DNA of 64,000 nucleotides. Source: Tubulanus polymorphus. Taxonomy: Eukaryota; Animalia; Nemertea. A program made the translations under genes and the position numbers. Location of the stretch: positions 23,904,150 through 23,968,149 of the forward strand of contig NC_134026.1 of the NCBI RefSeq assembly GCF_964204645.1, written 5' to 3'. Below, one piece after another: positions 41,793-55,879 of the stretch. The stretch's first letter is position 1. Each line of letters starts with the position of its first letter. The notes beneath the pieces are model-generated. The model was not told the DNA's origin. It searched no databases and saw only the letters and a program-made list of their open reading frames with translations.

Positions 41793-44700
41793 CTAACCAC
41801 GTGCAACTAAAACAATCAAACACACGGTCACACCGCCAGCAATGACAATGTACACTCCAAGTGCCGAAACTCTGAATAAATCCCTCTGAAATATTCAATG
41901 GAAAAAATATTAAATCTTTAAAGGCCTATAAAATTCTATGCCTATTAGATTATGATAGGCTCTGGAATCGTTCAACACAAGACCCCTGTTTCAAATTCAA
42001 AAATTTACTTGAAATACCTACTTTTGGTTTACTTTCCGCAGCCAAATGTTGCTGACTATCGGCACCAGTCATTTCCATGGCCTCACTTTTTTCTACAATA
42101 CAAATAGACTTGTTAAGTAAATAAAACGTTAAGAAACATTAGCCTACACTGGTTGACATTCATAGAATATGCATGCGTGTGATTTGATGACAAGGATTTA
42201 AAACACAAAATCGTTACACGCGAGTAAATTCTTTTCATACAGGCCTACCTGAAGATCTTTTCGATTTAGTTCGGCATTTGTGGATATCCAAGACGAACGT
42301 TAACAATACATGGAATATGATATACCCAGCCATTACCCAAATGATCCAACGGGGAGTTTTGAAATCGTCCAGACCCAAACCGATCATTATTGTGGCCACT
42401 GAAAAATTAGCATAGATGCATAGATACATCGAACGAATATATCTTATGAATAATACACCGAAGAGGCAAGGTTACTTACTACTTAAAGAATGAGCAGCAA
42501 TTCCGACAAACCAATGCATCCAGTTAAAGACCGGTCTTCCCTTGTCCTCGGGATGGCATCGAAACATTGCCATAATTGGCTAAAACATAAATATTGTTAT
42601 ATAAGTACATAAGCGAAAACTTGGGCAACGAACTAAAAAAGATCATATCTATTTTCAAGATATTCACATTAAGGAGACACAACCCTGTCACAGTGATGCC
42701 AAGTATAGGATGAGCTTTCTCTGGAAGTTTATCGTCCTATGATAAAAGAAAGATGTTTAGATTTAGTCGATCTATTTTTCTTTTTTTTTTACTACCTGAT
42801 GAAGCGATTGTTTTACTTACAATATCCAAACCTTTTTCGGCAATAAATATCAAAACAAATCCGATCACAGTCAATATCATCACAAAAAGCATACACAGAC
42901 GATGTACCTTTAAGATCGAATTCAGGAAATGATTCATCATGTACGTACATCACATTATTTCCACTTGTTAGATTAAGACAGATACACTTACCTGAAACCA
43001 TATCTTTTCACCGCAACAGTACCCATATTCTTCTTTGAAAAATCTAGCTAATATTATTCCGACGCCCGCTAGCAGTACCCATGCGCAAATCATAAGACAT
43101 GCTGAAGTAATAGTGAGTGAGATCAGTAAGTGTATAAAGAAAACCCTATAGAAATCCCCTATAGGCCTACCACTCACCATGACATTTTTTGAACAACATT
43201 TTCATAGTCATGGCTTTTCCATCCGTTTCTGCCACTTTGAATTCGGTTAGATTAACTTTTGTACTCGATATTGCCGGATACTTTCCCTGTCCTGTTTCAT
43301 GCATTGAAATCTTTCCTGTAATTATCAATCAATGAATTCTGATTAGCACGTGAAGATTTTAATATATTATTCGTTCTTGGTACCGGGACCCTTCAAATCC
43401 ATATTTGCAGAATTCAGAGTCCACCATTTACCTCCAGTTTGGGATCCCCTGGCGACAAGTATATGCCACGGTTTAGCCAAGTCAAATATTCTATTTGTTC
43501 CGGTATCCCGCTTTCTCCTACCAGCCGTGTTCACCGTTATTTTTCGAGAATATTTACACGTTATTCTTCCATCTTTGAACATTCCTTGAGCATCTTTAAG
43601 CCCTAACGATGGCTATAAAAATCAAGCAGTATCGTGTCCATGTGTTGTGTGTTGACAGTATTGATGATGGTCACGTAGACCTTGGAGTAATTATCAAACT
43701 ACTGGAGTAATCAAATGATTACTCCAGGTATAGATCATGGACGTATAATCTAGATTCATACGTCCATGCACAGACCTATCCTGGGTATCGGGTGACTTAC
43801 GTTTGGTATAGCTATATTCTGGTTTCTATCATTGTAAGACTGATATACACTGATCGTATTGTTGTCCAATAAACAATTGATCACGGAGTCATCTCCCTAA
43901 AAAGAATAATTATCTTATTAAAAAAATTCAGAAGCTATGTATATAGGCTATGTGTGACAGAGTATTTTGGCATTTTCGAAATGAAAGTTAATTCAAATAT
44001 ACCATTTTCATATCGCTAGAAAAACCAACAGAAACGTAAGGTTCTTGAATGTTTTTGTCGGCTGGTATTTTCGCGCTGATCTCGAATTCTATGTAATCTC
44101 CCGATCGTTTATACGCCACAAGATATTCGCAGTCAGTATAGTTACAATTTGAAGGCTTTTGAAAACAGCCTTTCGTTTTTCCACAAGATGATGTATCTAC
44201 GGTTAGATCGGACACCTGCAAAATAGATTATTGTTATTTCTGGAACAAACCTATAGAAAATGTAACTTAAACTTTTCTGTGAAATATCTTAGCACGGTTT
44301 GATAAAAAGCCTATACGATCAGTCGGCTTGAAAAATATTCATTGATTAACCTTCTTAGATTTGCTTGAAGGTTTGACAAATATGTTCCCCTCACTGGTAG
44401 CAGTGAGGTTGATTCTTTTCTCGGAAATGACCGGGTAGTTTGCTCCCGACTGAAGCGAGTGTAACAACGGTCCATCTGAAAAGAAAGATCCATTTCACAT
44501 ATTATAGGCACAGTGATTTTACTTGAGACATTATTTTGAATAATAATTATTGCCTCACCTTTAGATGCTTTTCCTCGTGCCAATAAAAGATACCATTTAG
44601 TATTAAGGTTATAGATCTTATCGTTCATTGGAGTGACAACTTTTAAACGCTTAAAGCTGCAGCGTAAGCGATTATTCTGTAACGAAGCTTGCTGTTCCGA

Positions 44701-46323
44701 TAAACCCGCATCTGCCTGAAATTTCGATGATAGATTATTCAAGTTAGTTGCGTGTACAATCCTGATTTAAAAAATGAAAAAAATTGATCGTAGATTTTCT
44801 GAATCATAATCTGATGCAAACCCATTCCTCACCGGACTAACAGGAATGTTCATTGTCCCATAATTGTATGAGTTCACGATCATAAACTTGTTCTCAGGTT
44901 TGTAATACATGCAAGAGATGACGCTATCGGTACCCTGAAAGATTAAAATCATCTACGCCTATGAAACTGCCTGGGAGAATTATAAAATCTTCATTTCGTC
45001 CGAAGCAACCTACTGACCATGTGCTTATTATCTGAGAAGCCAATAGAAATGTAAGACGAAGGCCATCCGTCTGGAACTCTGGTTCCAAGTTCAAAATTTA
45101 TTGCATTGCCGGTCGCATCATTTGTGTAGGTTGCCACATATTCGCATTGATCTGCGACGCATCCACTCGGGCTTCGAAAACATCCTTTCGTCGTTCCGCA
45201 ACCACTTAGATCTATATCCACGGTCTTACTCATCACCTACGTATAGAAAGGAAATGAGTCATCATGAAATTACTGAAAGAACCTATACATGATATTGGAA
45301 ATCAGTTTTGTGAATTTACACCGTAACTGTTTAAGCTGGATTGAATTTGAAATAGACCGTTAAACTTACAGTTGGTTCCGTTGGTAGAGGCCCGGCCTGA
45401 GGATCATACAGTATCTTATCCGAAGGTATTTTTACCCAGAACGTATCAAAGTGCTCCACAATTGTTACACTGAATAGAACATAGATGAAAAATCTGAGAT
45501 TATAGATTTTAGATTTTTGAATGTGTGCAAATTTTGAAAAAAGAGATAATTCACAAAAACTGCAAATGTCCTTCAGATGTCGCGGGTGCGGTCCATGTCA
45601 ATGTCATCTGGTGCGTTTTAATTTCTTCGCTATGGGTCAACGCACTCTATACGAAACAAACATTCTTAAATTTTATCGATGAGATACGGAATCGAGAATA
45701 GACAGTCGCTTAAACTATATCCTGTTGGTCTACACATAGTTTTCAGAAGGTTTATAAAAACTAAAACTACAATTGAATTTACCCCGTATGGACTCAAGCA
45801 TCTCTTTTGAGTTTTTGATGCCGTGCTTGTATCAAATGTTCCGATCGGTTGCAGAGTATCGTGTTGGGTATCTATGCGGCGCGCTTGAATGAATATTCCC
45901 TCAATTTCCTTGCTGCCGCCATCAATGGTTACTTTGAAATGAAGAAAATTGATGGACACGATAGAAATGCGTCAAAGCGGCAATATTATGAGTTTATTAC
46001 TCACAAAAAAGATGGCAGTTTGCTTTCTTTTTTTCCATTGTTCATCAAAGCGAACTCGTGTCTCTTACAAGATAAGCTTTGTACTCACTGTTAAACGTCT
46101 CATTAGGCTGATAAGTTATGTTAGATTTAGCACCCGATGTCGGATTGACGGTTACGGTATAAGGTGAACTTGTCGTTTGAGGCTCATATGGTGTACCGGC
46201 GGCCTTGTTAAAGTGTACGGGTATCATCGATGCACACGCGTCCAGAGGGGCACCATACTCGTAGCCTTCGCACAACAACGCGATAGACAACGCGAAAACC
46301 AAAATTCTTATTTCTTTCAACAT
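41793..46323 (-). CDS. FRRS1: putative ferric-chelate reductase 1-like, paralog B (signal peptide + Reeler + 2 DOMON + cytochrome b561)
   Basis: GAPLDACASMIPVH Reeler; DOMON1 (CGTTKGCF...DNKHMGTD...LRCSFKR); DOMON2 (CGKTKGCF...SDMKMGDD...ITCKYSR); b561 motifs (KCHACLMICAW, WFQVHRLCM, KAHPILG, FNWMHW). Stop TAG at 41793-41795. Confidence 0.88.
43702..43768. repeat. two adjacent short palindromes (miniature fold-back elements) in FRRS1-B intron
   Basis: CTGGAGTAATCA-AA-TGATTACTCCAG and CATGGACGTAT-...-ATACGTCCATG. Confidence 0.6.
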
Positions 46324-47356
46324 TTTCAACTCCTACAAAAATCAAATCAAACGCCCATATACATAAATATAAACACACTCAATCAGTAAAATGAATGTCC
46401 AAACGAGGGTGTTCGAAATACATTAAGTGTATGGGTGGGGTACGAAAATATGGAGTCAGTGGGTCATGGACGCCCATGTATTGAAAAACTGGTTTCATAT
46501 ATATTTTTAGTATTTGTGTCATAAACTTATGAATAATGTATGTTCGCGCTTTTGTTATGCAAAAGGCAATATATGGAACTTATGACTTTCTCGTCCACAC
46601 ATCATTTTTAAAGAAATTAGGTTCGTTGGTTGCAACGACTAATTCATTGCTAATTTCAAATTGAAAGCTAACAAATTGAAAGCTTTCAAATTGAAAAATT
46701 CTAAGCGACGCGTATGCAGCAAAATAACACCATCATCAAATCTTATATAGGCCTATATCAAAATATATATCGAGCAATTGATTATTTTAGCTTAACGATA
46801 TTCCAATGGATATGTCCTTTAGTTGGTTTACTCTGTTCCGTTAAGTTACAATTTAGAATGCTTATTGGGTACCAAATCGCGAAATCTAGATTGCTTTAAG
46901 CTTGTAAACAAATATCCAATCCACCCAAGTCTTGTACAATATGAAAAATGACATACTTACAAAAGCAACCTTCTTAAAAACTGGTTGAACTGCGACTGTC
47001 ACAAAATAACGATTCCCGAGAAAATTTGTATGAAAAAGAGACCCTAATTTATAAAACCTGTATTGGTGAACTAAGCTGCTTATATATTACTGGAGCTATT
47101 TCTGTTCTTCTTTACCGTAGTGTGGTCTTATTCATTCCATTCAGTCCCACACAATATTTGCCGTCTTTACAAATATATAGGCCTACACAATTAAGCTACT
47201 GTCGCTCGCAGCACTATAATAGTCACGTTATTCGTGACTTTCTTTAATCGTCACTATGGGGTGGTCACTGAAGTCGAGATTGAAAACTGTTACGCAGAAT
47301 ATCGAATACGAGTCAAACGATTTTAATGATGTATGAATATAGGCCTATATCATATG

Positions 47357-47621
47357 TAGGAGCGGATCCACGAATTTGAGCAGAGGGTCACGCGCGGTGT
47401 TTTCCCAGATATATCTTTTTTCAACATTTCAATGAAAAATGCGTTCATAAAAGTTTGCGCATTAACTACAGTTATTTCTTGCAGATGCCGAAACAGCAAT
47501 CGAGATAAAGATTTGAATCGCGGTTAGTTTCATCGTTGATATGAATGATATCGCTATCAGAAAATTTTCAAACACGGAGTGAGGGGGTCGAGACCCCTAC
47601 CCCTCCCTTGGATCCTCCCTG
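47357..47621. mobile_element. hAT-like MITE remnant
   Basis: Ends TAGGAGCGGATCCA / TGGATCCTCCCTG with a GGGGGTC...CCCC subterminal tract. No clear TSD. Confidence 0.45.
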
Positions 47622-47950
47622 TATACTATCTTTTGATCATAAATTGACAGTCTATATACGGTCAATCACCAAATTCTACGTCATCCCGCATCTATTACAC
47701 TTATTCATTAACAATAAGTTATTATTTATTGATAAAGTATTATCAAATTCAAATTAGAACGTCTTAGTAATTTCTCGCAGGCGCCATCTATGTGAAAGCG
47801 AAAACATAGCAGGGCCTAGTTTATTTCGTTCGAAAAATCATTTATTCAAATAGAAAGTTCACGTTTGTTGATTGAATACAAACTCTAGTAGAGTACAATG
47901 TATATAATTTAAAAATTAGCAGGCAATTTTCCGCTTAAGAATTCGACGGC

Positions 47951-48320
47951 CAGGCCCGTATCGAGGGGAAGTTCGAAAAGTCCTTCAAAAAGTCAGTTTA
48001 AAAAGATTCGGGTCAATATTTTTCGTATAATTTTAATATAATTTTCATGTTTTTTTTTTGAAAAATGAAAATTAATCCATTCTCGAATGATTTATTCGGG
48101 TAGTCAGATTTTTTTGGGCGGGGGATACGGGTCACTGTTCAAAAAAGTAGTTGGAAAAGTTATAGCAGCCCGGTAAAGGATTCGAACTATCGTTGCTTAA
48201 GTTCAGGTTATCGAAAAAATCATATCCCTTTTTCAATCGGAAAGTGCCCCCAATTCACGGTGAAAAGTTCCATTTTTCATGAAATAGAACTGCCACTCAA
48301 AAAGGCTCGGCACGGACCTG
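47951..48320. mobile_element. hAT-like MITE, related copy at ~49100-49460
   Basis: Ends CAGGCCCGT / ACGGACCTG. Shared blocks CATGTTTTTTTTT..AAAATGA and TTTTCAAT.GGAAAGTGCCCC..TTCACGG..GAAATAG.ACTGCC recur at 49201-49460, ending ACGGGCCTG. Confidence 0.5.
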
Positions 48321-48366
48321 AACAGGAAATTCGTACACTATAATCTGATAATTTCTTTGGTCAATT

Positions 48367-50360
48367 TCAATATTCAATTTTATTAACGTCCTTAGGTTTT
48401 CGGTCTGAAGGTTCGTGCGGAGATCGTACGCGAAACACTTTTTCTTGCTGCAAAAAGGCCACCTTTCTAGTGGAATGTCTTTTCTCTGAAAGAGAAAAAA
48501 AGCCTGCATAAGTCAAATGAGAATTTCATTACGTATTCTTGACCTTCGGTAGAAGTGGGAGTATTTGTCTACCGATGTTAGGCTTATTAGGTTATCATAA
48601 TAGAAAATATCGGATAAACTTTTCTTGAGATGACTCAAATTGAAATTGATTAGATGACACAAGTTCGATTTATCGCTCGCGAACCGATGCGCTTAGAACT
48701 GTGCTAATGCGGAGATAAATATCTCGAGCAAAAGGTGCAAAATAACATTTTTATGATGCTCTCCGACTAATAAAGAAAATTGCGGATAATCTATGATGAC
48801 TTGTTTAGATGCGTAAGATAAGTGGTATTCGACTGTTCGTCGATCCCTTGGAAGCTGTATGTTCGATGTTGTTTCGTCGCACGCATTCTTACCTATAGAT
48901 TTGTCGATTGTAGATCTATTTTCCCGGAACTGAAGAGAAACCAAATTCGTCGATGCCAATCTTTTGCTTTCAATCTGTTTTTCGGTCGTATTCCCCCTGA
49001 AACAACACTGATCAGTTTTATTTCAAACATTTCAAACATAAGAATTTCATCGTCAACTAACCAGGTGCCCGAGGCCTCATGGATATTAGCTGCGAAGAGG
49101 GATCCGTAAAAAAGTGCATAAACTTGGGATTAGATAGTGAACGAACCCCTTAAATTTAGAATGTACCTTAGAAACTTTTCCGAAATTTGCATACAATTTT
49201 CATGTTTTTTTTTTAGAAAATGATAAGTAATCATTCCGTAAAAAGTGTTCGATTTCTTGTAGATATGTTGTTGAATATCGGAGATAAATATGAATTTAAC
49301 TTCATTAGAAAATATAAACGTTGTTTAAGTTGGTTATTGAAAAAAATGTACAAGATCTGTCCTTTTCAATAGGAAAGTGCCCCTTTTCACGGAGACATAG
49401 TGCAATTTTGCTGGAAATAGGACTGCCCCCCACCCCAAAAGAAGATTGGGAACGGGCCTGCGATCTATCGTGTTGATCATTAGCCTTCTATATTCTGTTA
49501 ATTTCTTGAATCCCTTTGCGATCATTGATAAACATTCTTACATCTATGTGCACGTAGTTTTAATATATACCAACTATACTACCATCAATGTGTAAACAAC
49601 TGCAGGTCCCGGTTGCTTTAGTATTACGTACCTCCGGCATGTTACCGGATGGCTCTTGCTCGATGATTGTACTGATGTTGCCAATGATACTAAAGGCCGG
49701 CGCTTGCGGTTTAACGGATGAACTGTCGGAAACTGTACGTCTACAATTAGAACTATTGTAATTAAGTATATTTAACCATTTTCACGCTGATCGTATAGCT
49801 ACTTGATAGCATTATGTCTGAACACTGATACTGGATACTGAATCGCATAAAAGAAAAAAGAAAAACAACTCGATTCTCATTTCTTTTTTCAAAATCTTAA
49901 TCAATATCATTGTTTATATGTTTATGTCAAACGAATTGGCCAAAAAAACTTTTTGAAATCATTTACCACTTCCTGTATACGATCGTATGAATTGTTACCT
50001 TTCCAAGTGTCCCTGAGTAGAGATTCTAAATACTGATGATGTTTCACATTTCGTAGATGAGCCATTGTGTAAATGTACGCGGTTTGCCAATGCTGGATCG
50101 CTGGTTTGGAACATTTTGTCTCTGGCGTGGCTTTCAATCGCGATGGTCGAGTCATGCCTAAAAACAAATTCAATTGTCTTTTTAGCTGAGGAAGTACTGA
50201 CTGTGTGTGTATAAATAGCAATGCAAATATATTTCGTTTTTTGAGTAGGTTCTGATTATTATATATCCCTCTACGTAATAGGCCAATATGCATTTTCATG
50301 CCAGGTGATTTTTTCCATGCGAGGTATGATAACCCCATAATGCCGTGCTATAAAATGATA
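48367..50360 (-). other. possible uncharacterised spliced gene
   Basis: Chain of canonical ag/gt-bounded segments 50157-49999, 49740-49632, 48996-48893 and 48485-48367 that splice into an open frame. No family recognised. Confidence 0.3.
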
Positions 50361-53300
50361 CCTACGTTGGTGAAAGTAAATATGCATACACATACGTAGT
50401 TCAAATAGACCCATTCAAATCTCATTTTCTGAATTCTGGTTTACATAATTAGCCTACATAAATCTCATAAACTTCTAGTATACATATATAATGACGGATC
50501 CTATATGACAATTTAGTTTGGCAATCACTCAAGATTCGGGTGTTCGAAAAGACCGATTTCTCGTTATGGATGAGGAATATACGAACGAGACAGAAGAGTT
50601 AGACGAAGAAGGTATTTGGCGTTTTGGAAGAAATTGTTCGATGAAATTGTGAATAATCACAAAATCCTAGGCCTAACATATATGCATTGAAATCTTACCT
50701 TGTTACGCATGTAGCATCCAAAAAAGAAAACGTTTAAATACCGGACACCCTTTCTGCACAGCGATGAAAAACAAACTCATCTTTATTGATTCGTTTAATT
50801 TGACGTCTAATGCGATTGATCATTCCCATAGCAACTGGTAAGCAAAGCATGATAAGTCATTTCCAGGAAGATTAATGGTCACAAAAGAGTGAACGTATGT
50901 GCGGGACTATGTTGATAAATGAGTCTGGACACATTCTGCATGCGACAAAATAACACGCTCGATGTTCCTCACAAATTTCAATTCATTCGTTGATACATGC
51001 TTCATTATATTATATATTTTCGGCATTTAGAAAAGGTTCTAGAAAAAAACGAGTAGAAGGCCGGGGTGATTTGAAAAACAATCAAAATGAAGAAAAAGAA
51101 AAGCTCCAAGAATTAATTCTATCAGTTCGCTGAACAATGTGGTGTTTGAAACTTTGTGAATCAGATTAATTACTCTTGAAATGCGAACGGTTCCTTTTTC
51201 GATAAAAACCCATTATTTAAAAGCTCATTACGGAATTCTTTATGGATCGATTGCCTATTAAATCGATTGATCGCGTATATATTCTCGCACCAGTTTTAAC
51301 TCTCTGACGAGCTAACTACCCATCACACTGATTTGCCACATGGTATCTGGCCTGAGAGAGCGAGAGCGAGAGAGCAAGAGCTTTATAACATCCAAGTTTC
51401 GAACATTACCTCAACGCGGGAATCACCCGGTACTTATGCCGCCGGAATTATCCTCTCGTTAAATCTACTTGCTCAACAGTTATTACCTTCTCCATAAAGT
51501 GTTGTTTTGGCGTTACAGCTCGGTGCAAGTATAGAGATGTTCGTTGATGGGAAACTATTATCGCAGATGTTTTTCAATTTAGTTATGTAGCTATTTCATG
51601 ATTTAAAAAGTTACCTCGTGTGGAAATTAGTAAAACTTTGAATAAGCAATACCGGCGTACGGAATGGCAGTGGTAAGAAGACCTCCGGAACGGCGCTGTG
51701 AGTATATGAGGAATTTGATTCCTACGTCTAATAAGTCTTTGAAAGCGGGTTGAGTTTTTATGATTTTTTTAAAGAAAAAAGTTGACATGTATCTACATTT
51801 TTGAGAAAGCATGTTAACAGTCTATCAAAGTGATTGATTCGGAGGAACTACGGGTTCTGCTGTTGCAGCGAGAAAACTCAATTTTACATAAAGCACCTGT
51901 CGATTTTAGCATTCTTTTACTTGATCACGATACACGAACTTCCTCAACGCTAACCGATTTAAAAAATCATAATCTCTGCTCTATAGGCTGATAAAGAGCG
52001 CAAGAGGTGATGATGATACAATTCAGGAAATGTTTTCATTTTCTGGAAAGAAATTACTAGGCTACCTTTTAAAGCATGTACAGGGTGATATGGTATGCGG
52101 CTAGTTTTATTCTTGCCCTTTAACGCGGCAATTTTTCAATTGGAATATTCAGGAAACGGAAATGAGAAATATAGACTTGGCATTGAGAGCGGCAGTTAAG
52201 TCCTTTTTTTATCAATTACTATTAGAAACAATTGCTATGAAAGAGCTTGCTTGGTGGACTTAAGATAAACGTTTATAATCGATGAATATACCGATTCGTG
52301 GAATCTGGTTCTCAGGATACAACAACACAAATGATGAAACGGACTGGCAGAACCTTTATTTATTTGTTTATGTTCCACTCGTGCATTCTGACGTCACATT
52401 CTTCATGGCGATACAATGTGTTAGTTTTCTCTACAGTACGGTGTAAAACGAGATTCTAATTGAAATTCAAATATTCTATGCGTTCAATGTTTCTAAGCCT
52501 CGTATGAACGTTTAATCAAGTAGTTGCAGCAGAAGGAATTACATTGAACTCAGCTAGATTTAGTCTCAAAGAATGTCGATTTAAGTAATTAAAGAAATCG
52601 AACCAATATGCTGTAACTGTAGAATACATCATTAAGTAGATGAAAATGTTTCGCATGCTATACTTTATTTGATCTAATCCCTCAAAAGCTTGAAATAGTG
52701 TTTGACTAGTTTTAGTTCACTACCATGATGTATATAGCTGTAGCTCGAAGATGGTAGTTCATCTTCCGGTTTCGGTTGAAACTATACAAACTAACAAGGC
52801 ATCCTATACTGTATTAATTAGCAATAGCGTGAGGGAAAGCAGTGAACCGAATCATGTCTGTAATCCTGAAAAGAATATGTATGGAATGTTTTCTTAATTA
52901 ACTGATTGAATCACAAGAGACCGGGTTTCACCAAAATAATTCAAGAGCTTTGAAGACGATCTCGTTGCACTTGCTTGGATAGTTTGTTTTCCGAGTACGA
53001 TATCAGTTTTCTAGGTTGCTTTGCTGCTTTAGTAATAGGAAATTGGTTACCTTTTATAATGGGAAAAAAATTTCAAGGCTACTCTTTAAAAATCAACTTC
53101 ATTAATCTTGCTAGGAACGTATAAGTCAATTATTCGTGCGTAGTCTATTGAATTATAAATCACAGCCAGTCACAGACGATTTATTTTCTATTTTTGTTTT
53201 CTGTTCCCCCGGTTACCCATACCGAACAAGCCACAGGTTGCATACGAACGAGCTTTTTTAGACTTTCGCTTTTCTTTACGTTATTTTATCTGGCGAACTG

Positions 53301-54144
53301 GATGTTGCGCGTATGTGTACCACCACCTTTCCACTGAGTTAAATTAGTTCAAATTGATCTATGTATACTAGTAGATCCTGGTAAATGATGGCGTCGGCTA
53401 CAGTTACCAAATTTTGGTAGCGGAGTCCGAGTCAGCCGCTCGCAGCGTGTCCAGTGCGAAAGAAAAATGTGTAACATCACCATTGATTGAATAAATTCTC
53501 GATAATATTAAAACTTTTCATCTGTGTATACAGCGGGTTTTCATCTTATTATCTGTTTTCCACGTTTGAGTGTGATTATTCTACTAACATCACCAATGAG
53601 TTTCACGTCGAAGTCAATGAGCAGTTATCGTGAAGATCATTCATTTTTTTTCTTTCCCGCATTCGAACTAATAATCAATTACATAGTTTCGTTCTCTAGA
53701 ACTGTTATGGACACACGTTTGTTTGCGCGCTACTGAATAGTGATTAGTGACGCGCTGTTTATTACACCAAGTGTAGCGTATATTAAACTTTTATGAAAAA
53801 CTTCCCGGTGCGTGGCAATTTTTCAGCGTGATATGCCGGCGGGCGAAAATCGTCATATACACAGGGCCATATGGAAAACCTACTAGTTCCACAAAACCCG
53901 TTGCCAAAGGTTTCGAATGGTGATCGCTAGACTCATTGACGATACTCCTCACTCAATTTTACATGGATTTTATGTTTTATTGACAAAACGCACGGCCAGA
54001 TGTTTATGGAAATATGTTATTTAGGAACAATTATTACTCTGGATATTAATCGGCCTATATAGTAGATAAATATCGTAGTTTGCAGTACATATTGCGAACA
54101 CATCGAGGACGTATATTCACAATACACAATAAACACTGTCACAG

Positions 54145-54223
54145 TTCACGAGTAAACGTCAACGCAACATCAGTATGAGTAGTAAAGATAAAGACAAGGG
54201 TAACGACAAAAGTACTCAATTTT
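54145..54223 (+). CDS. candidate alternative N-terminal exon of PKA-C ((FTSKRQRNIS)MSSKDKDKGNDKSTQF)
   Basis: ATG at 54175 and phase-1 donor T|gtaagt at 54224, compatible with exon 2 (57088), giving ...STQFFKQFLQQARE. Confidence 0.55.
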
Positions 54224-54334
54224 GTAAGTACACGTGAAATAATTAATCGTAACGGGCGTATGCATCGTATGGTAAAATCGGGTATGGATTGAATATCTAA
54301 TCGTATCGAAAAAGATTTTTCCTCTCGATTACAC

Positions 54335-54378
54335 TTACGTAAGATACGTAAAATACGTAATACGAGATACGTAAAATA
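54335..54378. repeat. short tandem repeat of ATACGTAA-like units
   Basis: tacgtaagatacgtaaaatacgtaatacgagatacgtaaaata. Confidence 0.6.
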
Positions 54379-55871
54379 TACATCGATTCCAATGAATATC
54401 TGGCGTCCCTACGTGTACATTCTTTCGGATATACACACGTAACATTGTTTCATAGACTTAGTGACGTTTTCTAGATAAATATCGAAAATAGGCCTAGCGA
54501 TGCACTAATCCACTACGTCAGGCGATCATCGTGAAAATGTTCCGTTTGATCTTTTAATCCGATGTGTTTAAAAACTGGAGGATAACATTATGTTCTCCCG
54601 TTGTCATAGTGACTCACAATAACTTCAAAAAAGTCAAAAGATGCTCGAAGTCTTCCTGTAAGAAGACTACAAACGAGTATATTACGGTGATGTGGTTCTC
54701 GTAATGTGTTGTTTGATATGAATCTTTACGCTGGTTAAGATATGTCGGGACATTTTATTTGGTCAGAATAAAGAATCCGTGTCAAAACGACGTGGTAATG
54801 GAGTTCCCCTGCAATAATAGTATTTCATTTATATTTATACGCGCAACGCCGGTACTGTATAAAAGAGCTTTTACAAGTCATAGACGACTATTGTTACATG
54901 TCCCGTTGAATTTTCAAAAACCAGAAATCGCTATAAACAGCAATGGTCACTGGCGATAATATCTTTACACGCAGTAGGCCTATATACATATTGTGGGCTA
55001 GAATGTGAACATAATGTGTTTGAAGAGCATTTAACATGTAGTTTTATTGATATATATTTAAATGACACAACTGTACAAGAATGTCACCACTATCGACCAA
55101 ACCAGGAAACCCGATCATATAGGCCCGTAAACTCATAGGGCGAAACGTGTAAATCTATAAATAATGTGTTGAAAAAATTTTCCATTCGTTATTTAAGGAG
55201 GACAAGGCAAAAAATTAGAAATTGAAGAGATTTTGACTTTGGTCCACAACCAAATGATATTCTTCTTTTTCTGCTAACTAGACCGAGTCTTTTCTACTGT
55301 TAGGCTAGGATGTTAGATTATTTTCTTCATCGTGTACGAGAAGAAAAGTGAATTTGCCATACATATCACGGCAACTTGTCTTTTCCGTTAATCAGAAAGG
55401 GAATAACGGGTCACCAAAATCATTTATTCCCACGTACGTTATCCATATTAATGGGACTCGAAACGTTAGCTCGCCTGTCTCATTCGATGAGGAATGTAGT
55501 TAAACCTCATCGTTTGCAAACTCCCGCGAAAAGTTAAGACTCAGCATAGGTTCGAATCCTGGAATTAAGACATGAGACTTGCGTCTCGCGTGATGTTTTT
55601 TTTGAAATATTCTAAGCTTATACATATGTTTCAAGGAAAAATATCACATGAGTTTCTAAGTTCTTAGATTGGTAGGCGAACAAATTATTCTATTATTTTA
55701 TACATCTCTTTTTTACAAAACACGTTTTGTCGCCGACAATATCTTTTCCCATGTAACTCAACGCAGTAAAAATCCTTTTAAAATATGGTTAAAACGTCCG
55801 CTCTATTCAGTAAAGCATCAGCCCGCACCGAGCGCGCACAAACGTAGATGTTGATTTGCAGCAGTATTGCG

Positions 55872-55879
55872 TGACGTCA
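55872..55879. promoter_or_regulatory. palindromic CRE (TGACGTCA) upstream of PKA-C exon 1
   Basis: Exact match about 410 nt upstream of the ATG. Further exact copies at 52389 and 57877. Confidence 0.5.

Noticed and set aside
53385-53420. MMASATVTKF as a further PKA first exon
   Set aside because: The best donor is phase 2 (exon 2 needs phase 1) and the frame hits TAG immediately afterwards.
55547-55562. tRNA T-loop / B-box GGTTCGAATCC
   Set aside because: No cloverleaf or A-box; at most a SINE remnant.
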